DNA of 64,000 nucleotides from Antedon mediterranea (lineage: Eukaryota > Animalia > Echinodermata). The notes beneath the pieces were generated by a model. It saw only the letters and a program-made list of their open reading frames with translations. It had not been told where the DNA came from and did not search any database. This document shows, one piece after another, positions 26,308 through 41,300 of this stretch. Where the stretch lies: NCBI RefSeq assembly GCF_964355755.1, contig NC_092672.1, positions 12,338,001 to 12,402,000 of the forward strand, given 5' to 3'. The position numbers and the translations under genes were made by a program. Within the stretch, counting starts at the first letter, position 1. The number at the start of each line of letters is the position of its first letter.

Positions 26308-29300
26308 TTACTCACACATGTTGTACCATTGATTCATTAATGTACGTACTGTCAGTAAGGCTGAGCTGTAATTAATTACTCATACATCTTGTACCATTGA
26401 TTCATTAATGTACGTACTGCTGTCAGTAAGGCTGAGCTGTAATTAATTACTCATACATCTTGTACCATTGATTCATTAATGTACGTACTGCTGTCAGTAA
26501 GGCTGAGCTGTAATTAATTACTCATACATCTTGTACCATTGATTCATTAATGTACGTACTGCTGTCAGTAAGGCTGCGCTGTAATTAATTACTCATACAT
26601 CTTGTACCATTGATTCATTAATGTACGTACTGCTGTCAGTAAGGCTGAGCTGTAATTAATTACTCATACATCTTGTACCATTGATTCATTAATGTACGTA
26701 CTGCTGTCAGTAAGGCTGAGTTTTAATCAATTACTCATACATCTTGTACCATTGATTCATTAATGTACGTACTGCTGTCAGTAAGGCTGAGCTGTAATTA
26801 ATTACTCATACATGTTGTACCATTGATTCGTTAATGTACGTACTGCTGTCAGTAAGGCTGAGCTGTAATTAATTACTCATACATCTTGTACTATTGATTC
26901 ATTAATGTACGTACTGCTGTCAGTAAGGCTGAGCTGTAATTAATTACTCATACATCTTGTACCATCTGTGTACCATTGATTCGTTAATGTACGTACTGCT
27001 GTCAGTAAGGCTGAGATGTAATTAATTACTCATACATCTTGTACCATTGATTCATTAATGTACGTACTGCTGTCAGTAAGGCTAAGCTGTAATTAATTAC
27101 TCATACATCTTGTACCATTGATTCATTAATGTACGTACTGCTGTCAGTAAGGCTGAGCTGTAATTAATTACTCATACATCTTGTACCATTGATTCATTAA
27201 TGTACGTACTGCTGTCAGTAAGGCTGCGCTGTAATTAATTACTCATACATATTGTACCATTGATTCATTAATGTACGTACTGCTGTCAGTAAGGCTGAGC
27301 TGTAATTAATTACTCATACATCTTGTACCATTGATTCATTAATGTACGTACTGCTGTCAGTAAGGCTGCGCTGTAATTAATTACTCATACTTCTTGTACC
27401 ATTGATTCATTAATATACGTACTGCTGTCAGTAAGGCTGAGCTGTAATTAATTACTCATACATCTTGTACCATTGATTCATTAATGTACGTACTGCTGTC
27501 AGTAAGGCTGAGATGTAATTAATTACTCATACATCTTGTACCATTGATTCATTAATGTACGTACTGCTGTCAGTAAGGCTGAGCTGTAATTAATTACTCA
27601 TACATGTTGTACCATTGATTCATTAATGTACGTACTGCTGTCAGTAAGGCTGAGCTGTAATTAATTACTCATACATCTTGTACCATTGATTCATTAATGT
27701 ACGTACTACTGTCAGTAAGGCTGCGCTGTAATTAAATACTCATACATCTTGTACCATTGATTCATTAATGTACGTACTGCTGTCAGTAAGGCTGAGCTGT
27801 AATTAATTACTCATACATCTTGTACCATTGATTCATTAATGTACGTACTGCTGTCAGTAAGGCTGAGCTGTAATTAATTACTCATACATCTTGTACCATT
27901 GATTCATTAATGTACGTACTACTGTCAGTAAGGCTGCGCTGTAATTAATTACTCATACATCTTGTACCATTGATTCATTAATGTACGTACTGCTGTCAGT
28001 AAGGCTGCGCTGTAATTAATTACTCATACATCTTGTACCATTGATTCATTAACGTACGTACTGCTGTCAGTAAGGCTGAGCTGTAATTAATTACTCATAC
28101 ATCTTGTACCATTGATTCATTAATGTACGTACTACTGTCAGTAAGGCTGCGCTGTAATTAATTACTCATACATCTTGTACTATTGATTCATTAATGTACG
28201 TACTGCTGTCAGTAAGGCTGAGATGTAATTACTTACTCATACATCTTGTACCATCTGTGTACCATTGATTCGTTAATGTACGTACTGCTGTCAGTAAGGC
28301 TGAGATGTAATTACTTACTCATACATCTTGTACCATTGATTCATTAATGTACGTACTGCTGTCAGTAAGGCTGAGCTGTAATTAATTATTCATACATCTT
28401 GTACCATTGATTCGTTAATGTACGTACTGCTGTCAGTAAGGCTGCGCTGTAATTAATTACTCATACATCTTGTACCATTGATTCATTAATGTACGTACTG
28501 CTGTCAGTAAGGCTGAGCTGTAATTAATTACTCATACATGTTGTACCATTGATTCATTAATGTACGTACTGCTGTCAGTAAGGCTGAGCTGTAATTAATT
28601 ACTCATACATCTTGTACCATTGATTCATTAATGTGCGTACTGCTGTCAGTAAGGCTGAGCTGTAATTAATTACTCATACATCTTGTACCATTGATTCATT
28701 AATGTACGTACTGCTGTCAGTAAGGCTGAGCTGTAATTAATTACTCATACATGTTGTACCATTGATTCATTAATGTACGTACTGCTGTCAGTAAGGCTGA
28801 GCTGTAATTAATTATTCATACATCTTGTACCATTGATTCATTAATGTACGTACTGCTGTCAGTAAGGCTGAGCTGTAATTAATTACTCATACATCTTGTA
28901 CCATTGATTCATTAATGTACGTACTGCTGTCAGTAAGGCTGAGCTGTAATTAATTACTCATACATGTTGTACCATTGATTCATTAATGTACGTACTGCTG
29001 TCAGTAAGGCCGAGCTGTAATTAATTACTCATACATGTTGTACCATTGATTCGTTAATGTACGTACTACTGTCAGTAAGGCTGAGCTGTAATTAATTACT
29101 CATACATGTTGTACCATTGATTCGTTAATGTACGTACTGCTGTCAGTAAGGCTGAGCTGTAATTAATTACTCGTACATCTTGTACCATTGATTCATTAAT
29201 GTACGTACTGCTGTCAGTAAGGCTGAGCTGTAATCAATTACTCATACATCTTGTACCATTGATTCATTAATGTACGTACTGCTGTCAGTAAGGCTGAGCT

Positions 29301-32300
29301 GTATTTAATTACTCATACATCTTGTACCATTGATTCGTTAATGTACGCACTGCTGTCAGTAAGGCTGAGCTGTAATTAATTACTCATACATGTTGTACCA
29401 TTGATTCATTAATGTACGTACTGCTGTCAGTAAGGCTGAGCTGTAATTAATTACTCGTACATCTTGTACCATTGATTCATTAATGTACGTACTGCTGTCA
29501 GTAAGGCTGAGCTGTAATTAATTACTCATACATCTTGTACCATTGATCCATTAATGTACGTACTGCTGTCAGTAAGGCTGAGCTGTAATTAATTACTCAT
29601 ACATGTTGTACCATTGATTCATTAATGTACGTACTGCTGTCAGTAAGGCTGAGCTGTAATTAATTACTCATACATGTTGTACCATTGATTCATTAATGTA
29701 CGTACTGCTGTCAGTAAGGCTGACCTGTAATTAATTACTCATACATCTTGTACCATTGATTCATTAATGTACGTACTGCTGTCAGTAAGGCTGAGCTGTA
29801 ATTAATTACTCATACATCTTGTACCATTGATTCATTAATGTACGTACTGCTGTCAGTAAGGCTGAGCTGTAATTAATTACTCATACATCTTGTACCATTG
29901 ATTCGTTAATGTACGTACTGCTGTCAGTAAGGCTGAGCTGTAATTAATTACTCATACATGTTGTACCATTGATTCATTAATGTACGTACTGCTGTCAGTA
30001 AGGCTGAGCTGTAATTAATTACTCATACATGTTGTACAGGAGTGGAGCTGTGGCTTGGTGATTATGATGCTTGGCTACCAATCTAAGGGTCCTAGGTTCA
30101 AGTCCTGTCATATGTCAGGGTTTTTTTCTCATGACAATTTACAACTCCACTCCCAAAGACTTAATAATAAGTCTTTGTTTATGTAGAGCATCTTGTGTAT
30201 TTGTTTGTCTTGTGAAATTTTAAATAGTTTATCCATCCTGTAATTGGCGGGTTACTCGCTGTTGGATGAGTATGAAATAAAAAAAATAAAAAAAAAAAAA
30301 ATTAATGTACGTACTGCTGTCAGTAAGGCTGAGCTGTAATTAATTACTCGTACATCTTGTACCATTGATTCATTAATGTACGTACTGCTGTCAGTAAGGC
30401 TGAGCTGTAATTAATTACTCATACATCTTGTACCATTGATTCATTAATGTACGTACTGCTGTCAGTAAGGCTGAGCTGTAATTAATTACTCATATATGTT
30501 GTACCATTGATTCATTAATGTACGTACTACTGTCAGTAAGGCTGAGCTGTAATTAATTACTCATACATCTTGTACCATTGATTCATTAATGTACGTACTG
30601 CTGGCAGTAAGGCTGAGCTGTAATTAATTACTCATACATCATGTACCATTGATTCATTAATGTACGTACTGCTGTCAGTAAGGCTGAGTTGTAATTAATT
30701 ACCCATACATGTTGTACCATTGATTCATTAATGTACGTACTGCTGTCAGTAAGGCTGAGCTGTAATTAATTACTCATACATCTTGTACCATTGATTCATT
30801 AAATTACGTACTGTTGTCAGTAAGGCTGAGCTGTAATTAATTACTCATACATCTTGTACCATTGATTCATTAATGTACGTACTGCTGTCAGTAAGGCTGA
30901 GCTGTAATTAATTACTCATACATCTTGTACCATTGATTCATTAATGTACGTACTACTGTCAGTAAGGCTGAGCTGTAATTAATTACTCATACTTGTTGTG
31001 CCATTGATTCATTAATGTACGTACTGCTGTCAGTAAGGCTGAGCGGTAATTAATTACTCATACATGTTGTACCATTGTTTCATTAATGTACGTACTGCTG
31101 TCAGTAAGGCTGAGCTGTAATTAATTACTCATACATCTTGTACCATTGATTCATTAATGTACGTACTGCTGTCAGTAAGGCTGAGCTGTAATTAATTACT
31201 CATACATGTTGTACCATTGATTCATTAATGTACGTACTGCTGTCAGTAAGGCTGAGCTGTAATTAATTACTCATACATCTTGTACCATTGATTCATTAAT
31301 GTACGTACTGCTGTCAGTAAGGCTGAGCTGTAATTAATTACTCATACATCTTGTACCATTGATTCATTAATGTACGTACTGCTGTCAGTAAGGCTGCGCT
31401 GTAATTAATTACTCATACATATTGTACCATTGATTCATTAATGTACGTACTGCTGTCAGTAAGGCTGAGCTGTAATTAATTACTCATACATCTTGTACCA
31501 TTGATTCATTAATGTACGTACTGCTGTCAGTAAGGCTGAGTTTTAATCAATTACTCATACATCTTGTACCATTGATTCATTAATGTACGTACTGCTGTCA
31601 GTAAGGCTGAGCTGTAATTAATTACTCATACATCTTGTACCATTGATTCATTAATGTACGTACTGCTGTCAGTAAGGCTGAGCTGTAATTAATTACTCAT
31701 ACATCTTGTACTATTGATTCATTAATGTACGTACTGCTGTAAGTAAGGCTGAGCTGTAATTAATTACTCATACATGTTGTACCATTGATTCATTAATGTA
31801 CGTACTGCTGTCAGTAAGGCTGAGCTGTAATTAATTACTCATACATCTTGTACTATTGATTCATTAATGTACGTACTGCTGTCAGTAAGGCTGAGCTGTA
31901 ATTAATTACTCATACATCTTGTACCATCTGTGTACCATTGATTCGTTAATGTACGTACTGCTGTCAGTAAGGCTGAGATGTAATTAATTACTCATACATC
32001 TTGTACCATTGATTCATTAATGTACGTACTGCTGTCAGTAAGGCTGAGCTGTAATTAATTACTCATACATCTTGTACCATTGATTCATTAATGTACGTAC
32101 TGCTGTCAGTAAGGCTGCGCTGTAATTAATTACTCATACATCTTGCACCATTGATTCATTAATTTACGTACTGCTGTCAGTAAGGCTGAGCTGTAATTAA
32201 TTACTCATACATCTTGTACCATTGATTCATTAATGTACGTACTGCTGTCAGTAAGGCTGCGCTGTAATTAATTACTCATACATATTGTACCATTGATTCA

Positions 32301-35300
32301 TTAATGTACGTACTGCTGTCAGTAAGGCTGAGCTGTAATTAATTACTCATACATCTTGTACCATTGATTCATTAATGTACGTACTGCTGTCAGTAAGGCT
32401 GCGCTGTAATTAATTACTCATACATCTTGTACCATTGATTCATTAATGTACGTACTGCTGTCAGTAAGGCTGAGCTGTAATTAATTACTCAAACATCTTG
32501 TACCATTGATTCATTAATGTACGTACTACTGTCAGTAAGGCTGCGCTGTAATTAATTACTCATACATTTTGTACCATTGATTCATTAGTGTACGTACTGC
32601 TGTCAGTAAGGCTGCGCTGTAATTAATTACTCATACATCTTGTACCATTGATTCATTAACGTACGTACTGCTGTCAGTAAGGCTGAGCTGTAATTAATTA
32701 CTCATACATCTTGTACCATTGATTCATTAATGTACGTACTACTGTCAATAAGGCTGCGCTGTAATTAATTACTCATACATCTTGTACCATTGATTCATTA
32801 ATGTACGTACTGCTGTCAGTATGGCTGCGCTGTAATTAATTACTCATACATCTTGTACCATTGATTCATTAATGTACGTACTGCTGTCAGTAAGGCTGAG
32901 CTGTACTTAATTACTCATACATCTTGTACTATTGATTCATTAATGTACGTACTGCTGTCAGTAAGGCTGAGCTGTAATTAATTACTCATACATCTTGTAC
33001 CATATGTGTACCATTGATTCGTTAATGTACGTACTGCTGTCAGTAAGGCTGAGATGTAATTAATTACTCATACATCTTGTACCATATGTGTACCATTGAT
33101 TCGTTAATGTACGTACTGCTGTCAGTAAGGCTGAGATGTAATTAATTACTCATACATCTTGTACCATTGATTCATTAATGTACGTACTGCTGTCAGTAAG
33201 GCTGAGCTGTAATTAATTACTCATACATCTTGTACCATTGATTCGTTAATGTACGTACTGCTGTCAGTAAGGCTGAGCTGTAATTAATTACTCATACATC
33301 TTGTACCATTGATTCATTAATGTACGTACTGCTGTCAGTAAGGCTGAGCTGTATTTAATTACTCATACATGTTGTACCATTTATTCATTAATGTACGTAC
33401 TGCTGTCAGTAAGGCCGAGCTGTAATTAATTACTCATACATCTTGTACCATTGATTCATTAATGTACGTACTGCTGTCAGTAAGGCTGAGCTGTAATTAA
33501 TTACTCATACATCTTGTACCATTGATTCATTAATGTACGTACTGCTGTCAGTAAGGCTGAGCTGTAATTAATTACTCATACATCTTGTACCATTGATTCA
33601 TTAATGTACGTACTACTGTCAGTAAAGCTGCGCTGTAATTAATTACTCATACATCTTGTACCATTGATTCATTAATGTACGTACTGCTGTCAGTAAGGCT
33701 GCGCTGTAATTAATTACTCATACATCTTGTACCATTGATTCATTAACGTACGTACTGCTGTCAGTAAGGCTGAGCTGTAATTAATTACTCATACATCTTG
33801 TACCATTGATTCATTAATGTACGTACTACTGTCAGTAAGGCTGCGCTGTAATTAATTACTCATACATCTTGTACTATTGATTCATTAATGTACGTACTGC
33901 TGTCAGTAAGGCTGAGATGTAATTACTTACTCATACATCTTGTACCATCTGTGTACCATTGATTCGTTAATGTGCGTACTGCTGTCAGTAAGGCTGAGAT
34001 GTAATTACTTACTCATACATCTTGTACCATTGATTCATTAATGTACGTACTGCTGTCAGTAAGGCTGAGCTGTAATTAATTATTCATACATCTTGTACCA
34101 TTGATTCGTTAATGTACGTACTGCTGTCAGTAAGGCTGCGCTGTAATTAATTACTCATACATCTTGTACCATTGATTCATTAATGTACGTACTGCTGTCA
34201 GTAAGGCTGAGCTGTAATTAATTACTCATACATCTTGTACCATTGATTCATTAATGTACGTACTGCTGTCAGTAAGGCTGAGCTGTAATTAATTACTCAT
34301 ACATCTTGTACCATTGATTCATTAATGTACGTACTGCTGTCAGTAAGGCTGAGCTGTAATTAATTACTCATACATCTTGTACCATTGATTCATTAAATTA
34401 CGTACTGTTGTCAGTAAGGCTGAGCTGTAATTAATTACTCATACATCTTGTACCATTGATTCATTAATGTACGTACTGCTGTCAGTAAGGCTGAGCTGTA
34501 ATTAATTACTCATACATCTTGTACCATTGATTCATTAATGTACGTACTACTGTCAGTAAGGCTGAGCTGTAATTAATTACTCATACTTGTTGTGCCATTG
34601 ATTCATTAATGTACGTACTGCTGTCAGTAAGGCTGAGCGGTAATTAATTACTCATACATGTTGTACCATTGTTTCATTAATGTACGTACTGCTGTCAGTA
34701 AGGCTGAGCTGTAATTAATTACTCATACATCTTGTACCATTGATTCATTAATGTACGTACTGCTGTCAGTAAGGCTGAGCTGTAATTAATTACTCATACA
34801 TGTTGTACCATTGATTCATTAATGTACGTACTGCTGTCAGTAAGGCTGAGCTGTAATTAATTACTCATACATCTTGTACCATTGATTCATTAATGTACGT
34901 ACTGCTGTCAGTAAGGCTGAGCTGTAATTAATTACTCATACATCTTGTACCATTGATTCATTAATGTACGTACTGCTGTCAGTAAGGCTGCGCTGTAATT
35001 AATTACTCATACATATTGTACCATTGATTCATTAATGTACGTACTGCTGTCAGTAAGGCTGAGCTGTAATTAATTACTCATACATCTTGTACCATTGATT
35101 CATTAAGGTACGTACTGCTGTCAGTAAGGCTGAGTTTTAATCAATTACTCATACATCTTGTACCATTGATTCATTAATGTACGTACTGCTGTCAGTAAGG
35201 CTGAGCTGTAATTAATTACTCATACATCTTGTACTATTGATTCATTAATGTACGTACTGCTGTCAGTAAGGCTGAGCTGTAATTAATTACTCATACATCT

Positions 35301-38300
35301 TGTACTATTGATTCATTAATGTACGTACTGCTGTCAGTAAGGCTGAGCTGTAATTAATTACTCATACATGTTGTACCATTGATTCATTAATGTACGTACT
35401 GCTGTCAGTAAGGCTGAGCTGTAATTAATTACTCATACATCTTGTACTATTGATTCATTAATGTACGTACTGCTGTCAGTAAGGCTGAGCTGTAATTAAT
35501 TACTCATACATCTTGTACCATCTGTGTACCATTGATTCGTTAATGTACGTACTGCTGTCAGTAAGGCTGAGATGTAATTAATTACTCATACATCTTGTAC
35601 CATTGATTCATTAATGTACGTACTGCTGTCAGTAAGGCTGAGCTGTAATTAATTACTCATACATCTTGTACCATTGATTCATTAATGTACGTACTGCTGT
35701 CAGTAAGGCTGCGCTGTAATTAATTACTCATACATCTTGCACCATTGATTCATTAATTTACGTACTGCTGTCAGTAAGGCTGAGCTGTAATTAATTACTC
35801 ATACATCTTGTACCATTGATTCATTAATGTACGTACTGCTGTCAGTAAGGCTGCGCTGTAATTAATTACTCATACATATTGTACCATTGATTCATTAATG
35901 TACGTACTGCTGTCAGTAAGGCTGAGCTGTAATTAATTACTCATACATCTTGTACCATTGATTCATTAATGTAGGTACTGCTGTCAGTAAGGCTGTGCTG
36001 TAATTAATTACTCATACATCTTGTACCATTGATTCATTAATGTACGTACTGCTGTCAGTAAGGCTGAGCTGTAATTAATTACTCAAACATCTTGTACCAT
36101 TGATTCATTAATGTACGTACTACTGTCAGTAAGGCTGCGCTGTAATTAATTACTCATACATTTTGTACCATTGATTCATTAGTGTACGTACTGCTGTCAG
36201 TAAGGCTGCGCTGTAATTAATTACTCATACATCTTGTACCATTGATTCATTAACGTACGTACTGCTGTCAGTAAGGCTGAGCTGTAATTAATTACTCATA
36301 CATCTTGTACCATTGATTCATTAATGTACGTACTACTGTCAGTAAGGCTGCGCTGTAATTAATTACTCATACATCTTGTACCATTGATTCATTAATGTAC
36401 GTACTGCTGTCAGTATGGCTGCGCTGTAATTAATTACTCATACATCTTGTACCATTGATTCATTAATGTACGTACTGCTGTCAGTAAGGCTGAGCAGTAC
36501 TTAATTACTCATACATCTTGTACTATTGATTCATTAATGTACGTACTGCTGTCAGTAAGGCTGAGCTGTAATTAATTACTCATACATCTTGTACCATATG
36601 TGTACCATTGATTCGTTAATGTACGTACTGCTGTCAGTAAGGCTGAGATGTAATTAATTACTCATACATCTTGTACCATTGATTCATTAATGTACGTACT
36701 GCTGTCAGTAAGGCTGAGCTGTAATTAATTACTCATACATCTTGTACCATTGATTCGTTAATGTACGTACTGCTGTCAGTAAGGCTGAGCTGTAATTAAT
36801 TACTCATACATCTTGTACCATTGATTCATTAATGTACGTACTGCTGTCAGTAAGGCTGAGCTGTAATTAATTACTCATACATGTTGTACCATTGATTCAT
36901 TAATGTACGTACTGCTGTCAGTAAGGCCGAGCTGTAATTAATTACTCATACATGTTGTACCATTGATTCGTTAATGTACGTACTACTGTCAGTAAGGCTG
37001 AGCTGTAATTAATTACTCATACATGTTGTACCATTGATTCGTTAATGTACGTACTGCTGTCAGTAAGGCTGAGCTGTAATTAATTACTCGTACATCTTGT
37101 ACCATTGATTCATTAATGTACGTACTGCTGTCAGTAAGGCTGAGCTGTAATTAATTACTCATACATCTTGTACCATTGATTCATTAATATACGTACTGTT
37201 GTCAGTAAGGCTGAGCTGTAATTAATTACTCATACTTGTTGTGCCATTGATTCATTAATGTACGTACTGCTGTCAGTAAGGCTGAGCTGTAATCAATTAC
37301 TCATACATCTTGTACCATTGATTCATTAATGTACGTACTGCTGTCAGTAAGGCTGAGCTGTAATTAATTACTCATACATCTTGTACCATTGATTCGTTAA
37401 TGTACGCACTGCTGTCAGTAAGGCTGAGCTGTAATTAATTACTCATACATGTTGTACTATTGATTCATTAATGTACGTACTGCTGTCAATAAGGCTGAGC
37501 TGTAATTAATTACTCATACATATTGTACCATAGATTCATTAATGTACGTACTTTCAGTAAGGCTGAGCTGTAATCAATTACTCATACATCTTGTACCACT
37601 GATTCATTAATGTACGTACTGCTGTCAGTAAGGCTGAGCTGTAATTAATTACTCATACATCTTGTACCATCCGTGTACCATTGAATCGTTAATGTACGTA
37701 CTGCTGTCAGTAAGGCTGAGATGTAATTAATTACTCATACATCTTGTACCATTGATTCATTAATGTACGTACTGCTGTCAGTAAGGCTGAGCTGTAATTA
37801 ATTACTCATACATCTTGTACCATTGATTCATTAATGTAAGTACTACTGTCAGTAAGGCTGCGCTGTAATTAATTACTCATACATCTTGTACCATTGATTC
37901 ATTAATGTACGTACTGCTGTCAGTAAGGCTGCGCTGTAATTAATTACTCATACATCTTGTACCTTTGATTCATTAATGTACGTACTGCTGTCAGTAAGGC
38001 TGAGTTCTAATTAATTACTCATACATCTTGTACCATTGATTCATTAATGTACGTACTGCTGTCAGTAAGGCTGAGCTGTAATTAATTACTCATACATCTT
38101 GTACCATTGATTCATTAATGTACGTACTGCTGTCAGTAAGGCTGCGCTGTAATTACTTACTCATACATCTTGTACCATTTATTCATTAATGTACGTACTG
38201 CTGTTAGTAACCTGAGCTGTAATTAATTACTCATACATCTTGTACCATTGATTCATTAATGTACGTACTGCTGTCAGTAAGGCTGAGCTGTAATTAATTA

Positions 38301-41300
38301 CTCATACATCATGTACCATTGATTCATTAATGTACGTACTGCTGTCAGTAAGGCTGAGTTGTAATTAATTACCCATACATGTTGTACCATTGATTCATTA
38401 ATGTACGTACTGCTGTCAGTAAGGCTGAGCTGTAATTAATTACTCATACATCTTGTACCATTGATTCATTAATATACGTACTGTTGTCAGTAAGGCTGAG
38501 CTGTAATTAATTACTCATACATCTTGTACCATTGATTCATTAATGTACGTACTGCTGTCAGTAAGGCTGCGCTGTAATTAATTACTCATACATCTTGTAC
38601 CATTGATTCATTAATGTACGTACTGCTGTCAGTAAGGCTGAGCTGTAATTAATTACTCATACATCTTGTACCATTGATTCATTAATGTACGTACTGCTGT
38701 CAGTAAGGCTGCGCTGTAATTAATTACTCATACATCTCGTACCATTGATTCATTAATGTACGTACTGCTGTCAGTAAGGCTGCGCTGTAATTAATTACTC
38801 ATACATGTTGTACCATTGATTCATTAATGTACGTACTGCTGTCAGTAAGGCTGAGCTGTAATTAATTACTCATACATCTTGTACCATTGATTCATTAATG
38901 TACGTACTGCTGTCAGTAAGGCTGAGCTGTAATTAATTACTCATACATCTTGTACCATTGATTCATTAATGTACGTACTGCTGTCAGTAAGGCTGCGCTG
39001 TAATTAATTACTCATACATCTTGTACCATTGATTCATTAATGTACGTACTACTGTCAGTAAGGCTGAGCTGTAATTAATTACTCATACTTGTTGTGCCAT
39101 TGATTAATTAATGTACGTACTGCTGTCAGTAAGGCTGAGCGGTAATTAATTACTCATACATGTTGTACCATTGTTTCATTAATGTACGTACTGCTGTCAG
39201 TAAGGCTGAGCTGTAATTAATTACTCATACATCTTGTACCATTGATTCATTAATGTATGTACTGCTGTCAGTAAGGCTGAGCTGTAATTAATTACTCATA
39301 CATGTTGTACCATTGATTCATTAATGTATGTACTGTTGTCAGTAAGGCTGAGCTGTAATTAATTACTCATACATGTTGTACCATTGATTCATTAATGTAC
39401 GTACTGCTGTATGTAAGGCTGAGTTGTAATTAATTACTCATACATCTTGTACCATTGATTCATTAATGTACGTACTGCTGTCAGTAAGGCTGAGCTGTAA
39501 TTAATTACTCATACATGTTGTACCATTGATTCATTATTGTACGTACTGCTTTCAGTAAGGCTGAGCTGTAATTAATTACTCATACATGTTGTACCATTGA
39601 TTCATTAATGTACGTACTACTGTCAGTAAGGCTGAGCTGTAATTAATTACTCATACATGTTGTACCATTGATTCATTATTGTACGTACTGCTGTCAGTAA
39701 GGCTGAGCTGTAATTAATTACTCATACATCTTGTACCATTGATTCATTAATGTACGTACTGCTGTCAGTAAGGCTGAGCTGTAATTAATTACTCATACAT
39801 CTTGTACCATTGATTCATTAATGTACGTACTGCTGTCAGTAAGGCTGAGCTGTAATTAATTACTCGTACATCTTGTACCATTGATTCGTTAATGTACGCA
39901 CTGCTGTCAGTAAGGCTGAGCTGTAATTAATTACTCATACATGTTGTACCATTGATTCGTTAATGTACGTACTGCTGTCAGTAAGGCTGAGCTGTAATTA
40001 GTTACTCATACATCTTGTACCATTGATTCATTAATGTACGTACTGCTGTCAGTAAGGCTGAGCTGTAATTAATTACTCGTACATCTTGTACCATTGATTC
40101 ATTAATGTACGTACTGCTGTCAGTAAGGCTGAGCTGTAATTAATTACTCGTACTGCTGTCAGTAAGGCTGAGCTGTAATTAATTACTCATACATGTTGTA
40201 CCATTGATTCATTAATTTACTTACTGCTGTCAGTAAGGCTGAGCTGTAATTAATTACTCATATATGTTGTACCATTGATTCATTAATGTACGTACTACTG
40301 TCAGTAAGGCTGAGCTGTAATTAATTACTCATACATCTTGTACCATTGATTCATTAATGTACGTACTGCTGTCAGTAAGGCTGAGCTGTAATTAATTACT
40401 CATACATCTTGTACCATTGATTCATTAATGTACGTACTGCTGTCAGTAAGGCTGAGCTGTAAATAATTACTCGTACTGCTGTCAGTAAGGCTGAGCTGTA
40501 ATTAATTACTCATACATGTTGTACCATTGATTCATTAATGTACGTACTGCTGTCAGTAAGGCTGAGCTGTAATTAATTACTCATACATCTTGTACCATTG
40601 ATTCATTAATGTGCGTACTGCTGTCAGTAAGGCTGAGCTGTAATTAATTACTCATACATCTTGTACCATTGATTCATTAATGTACGTACTGCTGTCAGTA
40701 AGGCTGAGCTGTAATTAATTACTCATACATCTTGTACCATTGATTCATTAATGTGCGTACTGCTGTCAGTAAGGCTGAGCTGTAATTAATTACTCATACA
40801 TGTTGTACCATTGATTCATTAATGTACGTACTGCTGTCAGTAAGGCTGAGCTGTAATTAATTACTCATACATCTTGTACCATTGATTCATTAATGTGCGT
40901 ACTGCTGTCAGTAAGGCTGAGCTGTAATTAATTAATCATACATGTTGTACCATTGATTCATTAATGTACGTACTGCTGTCAGTAAGGCTGAGTTGTAATT
41001 AATTACTCATACATGTTGTACAATTGATTCATTAATGTACGTACTACTGTAAGTAATGCTGAGATGTAATTAATTTCTCATACATGTTGTACCATTGATT
41101 CATTAATGTACGTACGGCTGTCAGTAAGGCTGCGTTGTAATTAATTACTCATACATCTTGTACCATTGATTCATTAATGTACGTACTGCTGTCAGTAAGG
41201 CTGAGCTGTAATTAATTACTCATACATCTTGTACCATTGATTCATTAATGTACGTACTACTGTCAGTAAGGCTGAGCTGTAATTAATTAATCATACTTGT

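Noticed and set aside
26270-26330. Unspliced continuation WYNMCE*LN*IKFVWK resembling the DED helix WYDEHGSLDKLKVLCK
   Set aside because: It has two stops, the match is short and the sequence turns into AT-rich intron-like DNA at once; chance similarity cannot be excluded.
30045-30115. tRNA gene
   Set aside because: No complete cloverleaf; followed by a SINE body and poly(A).
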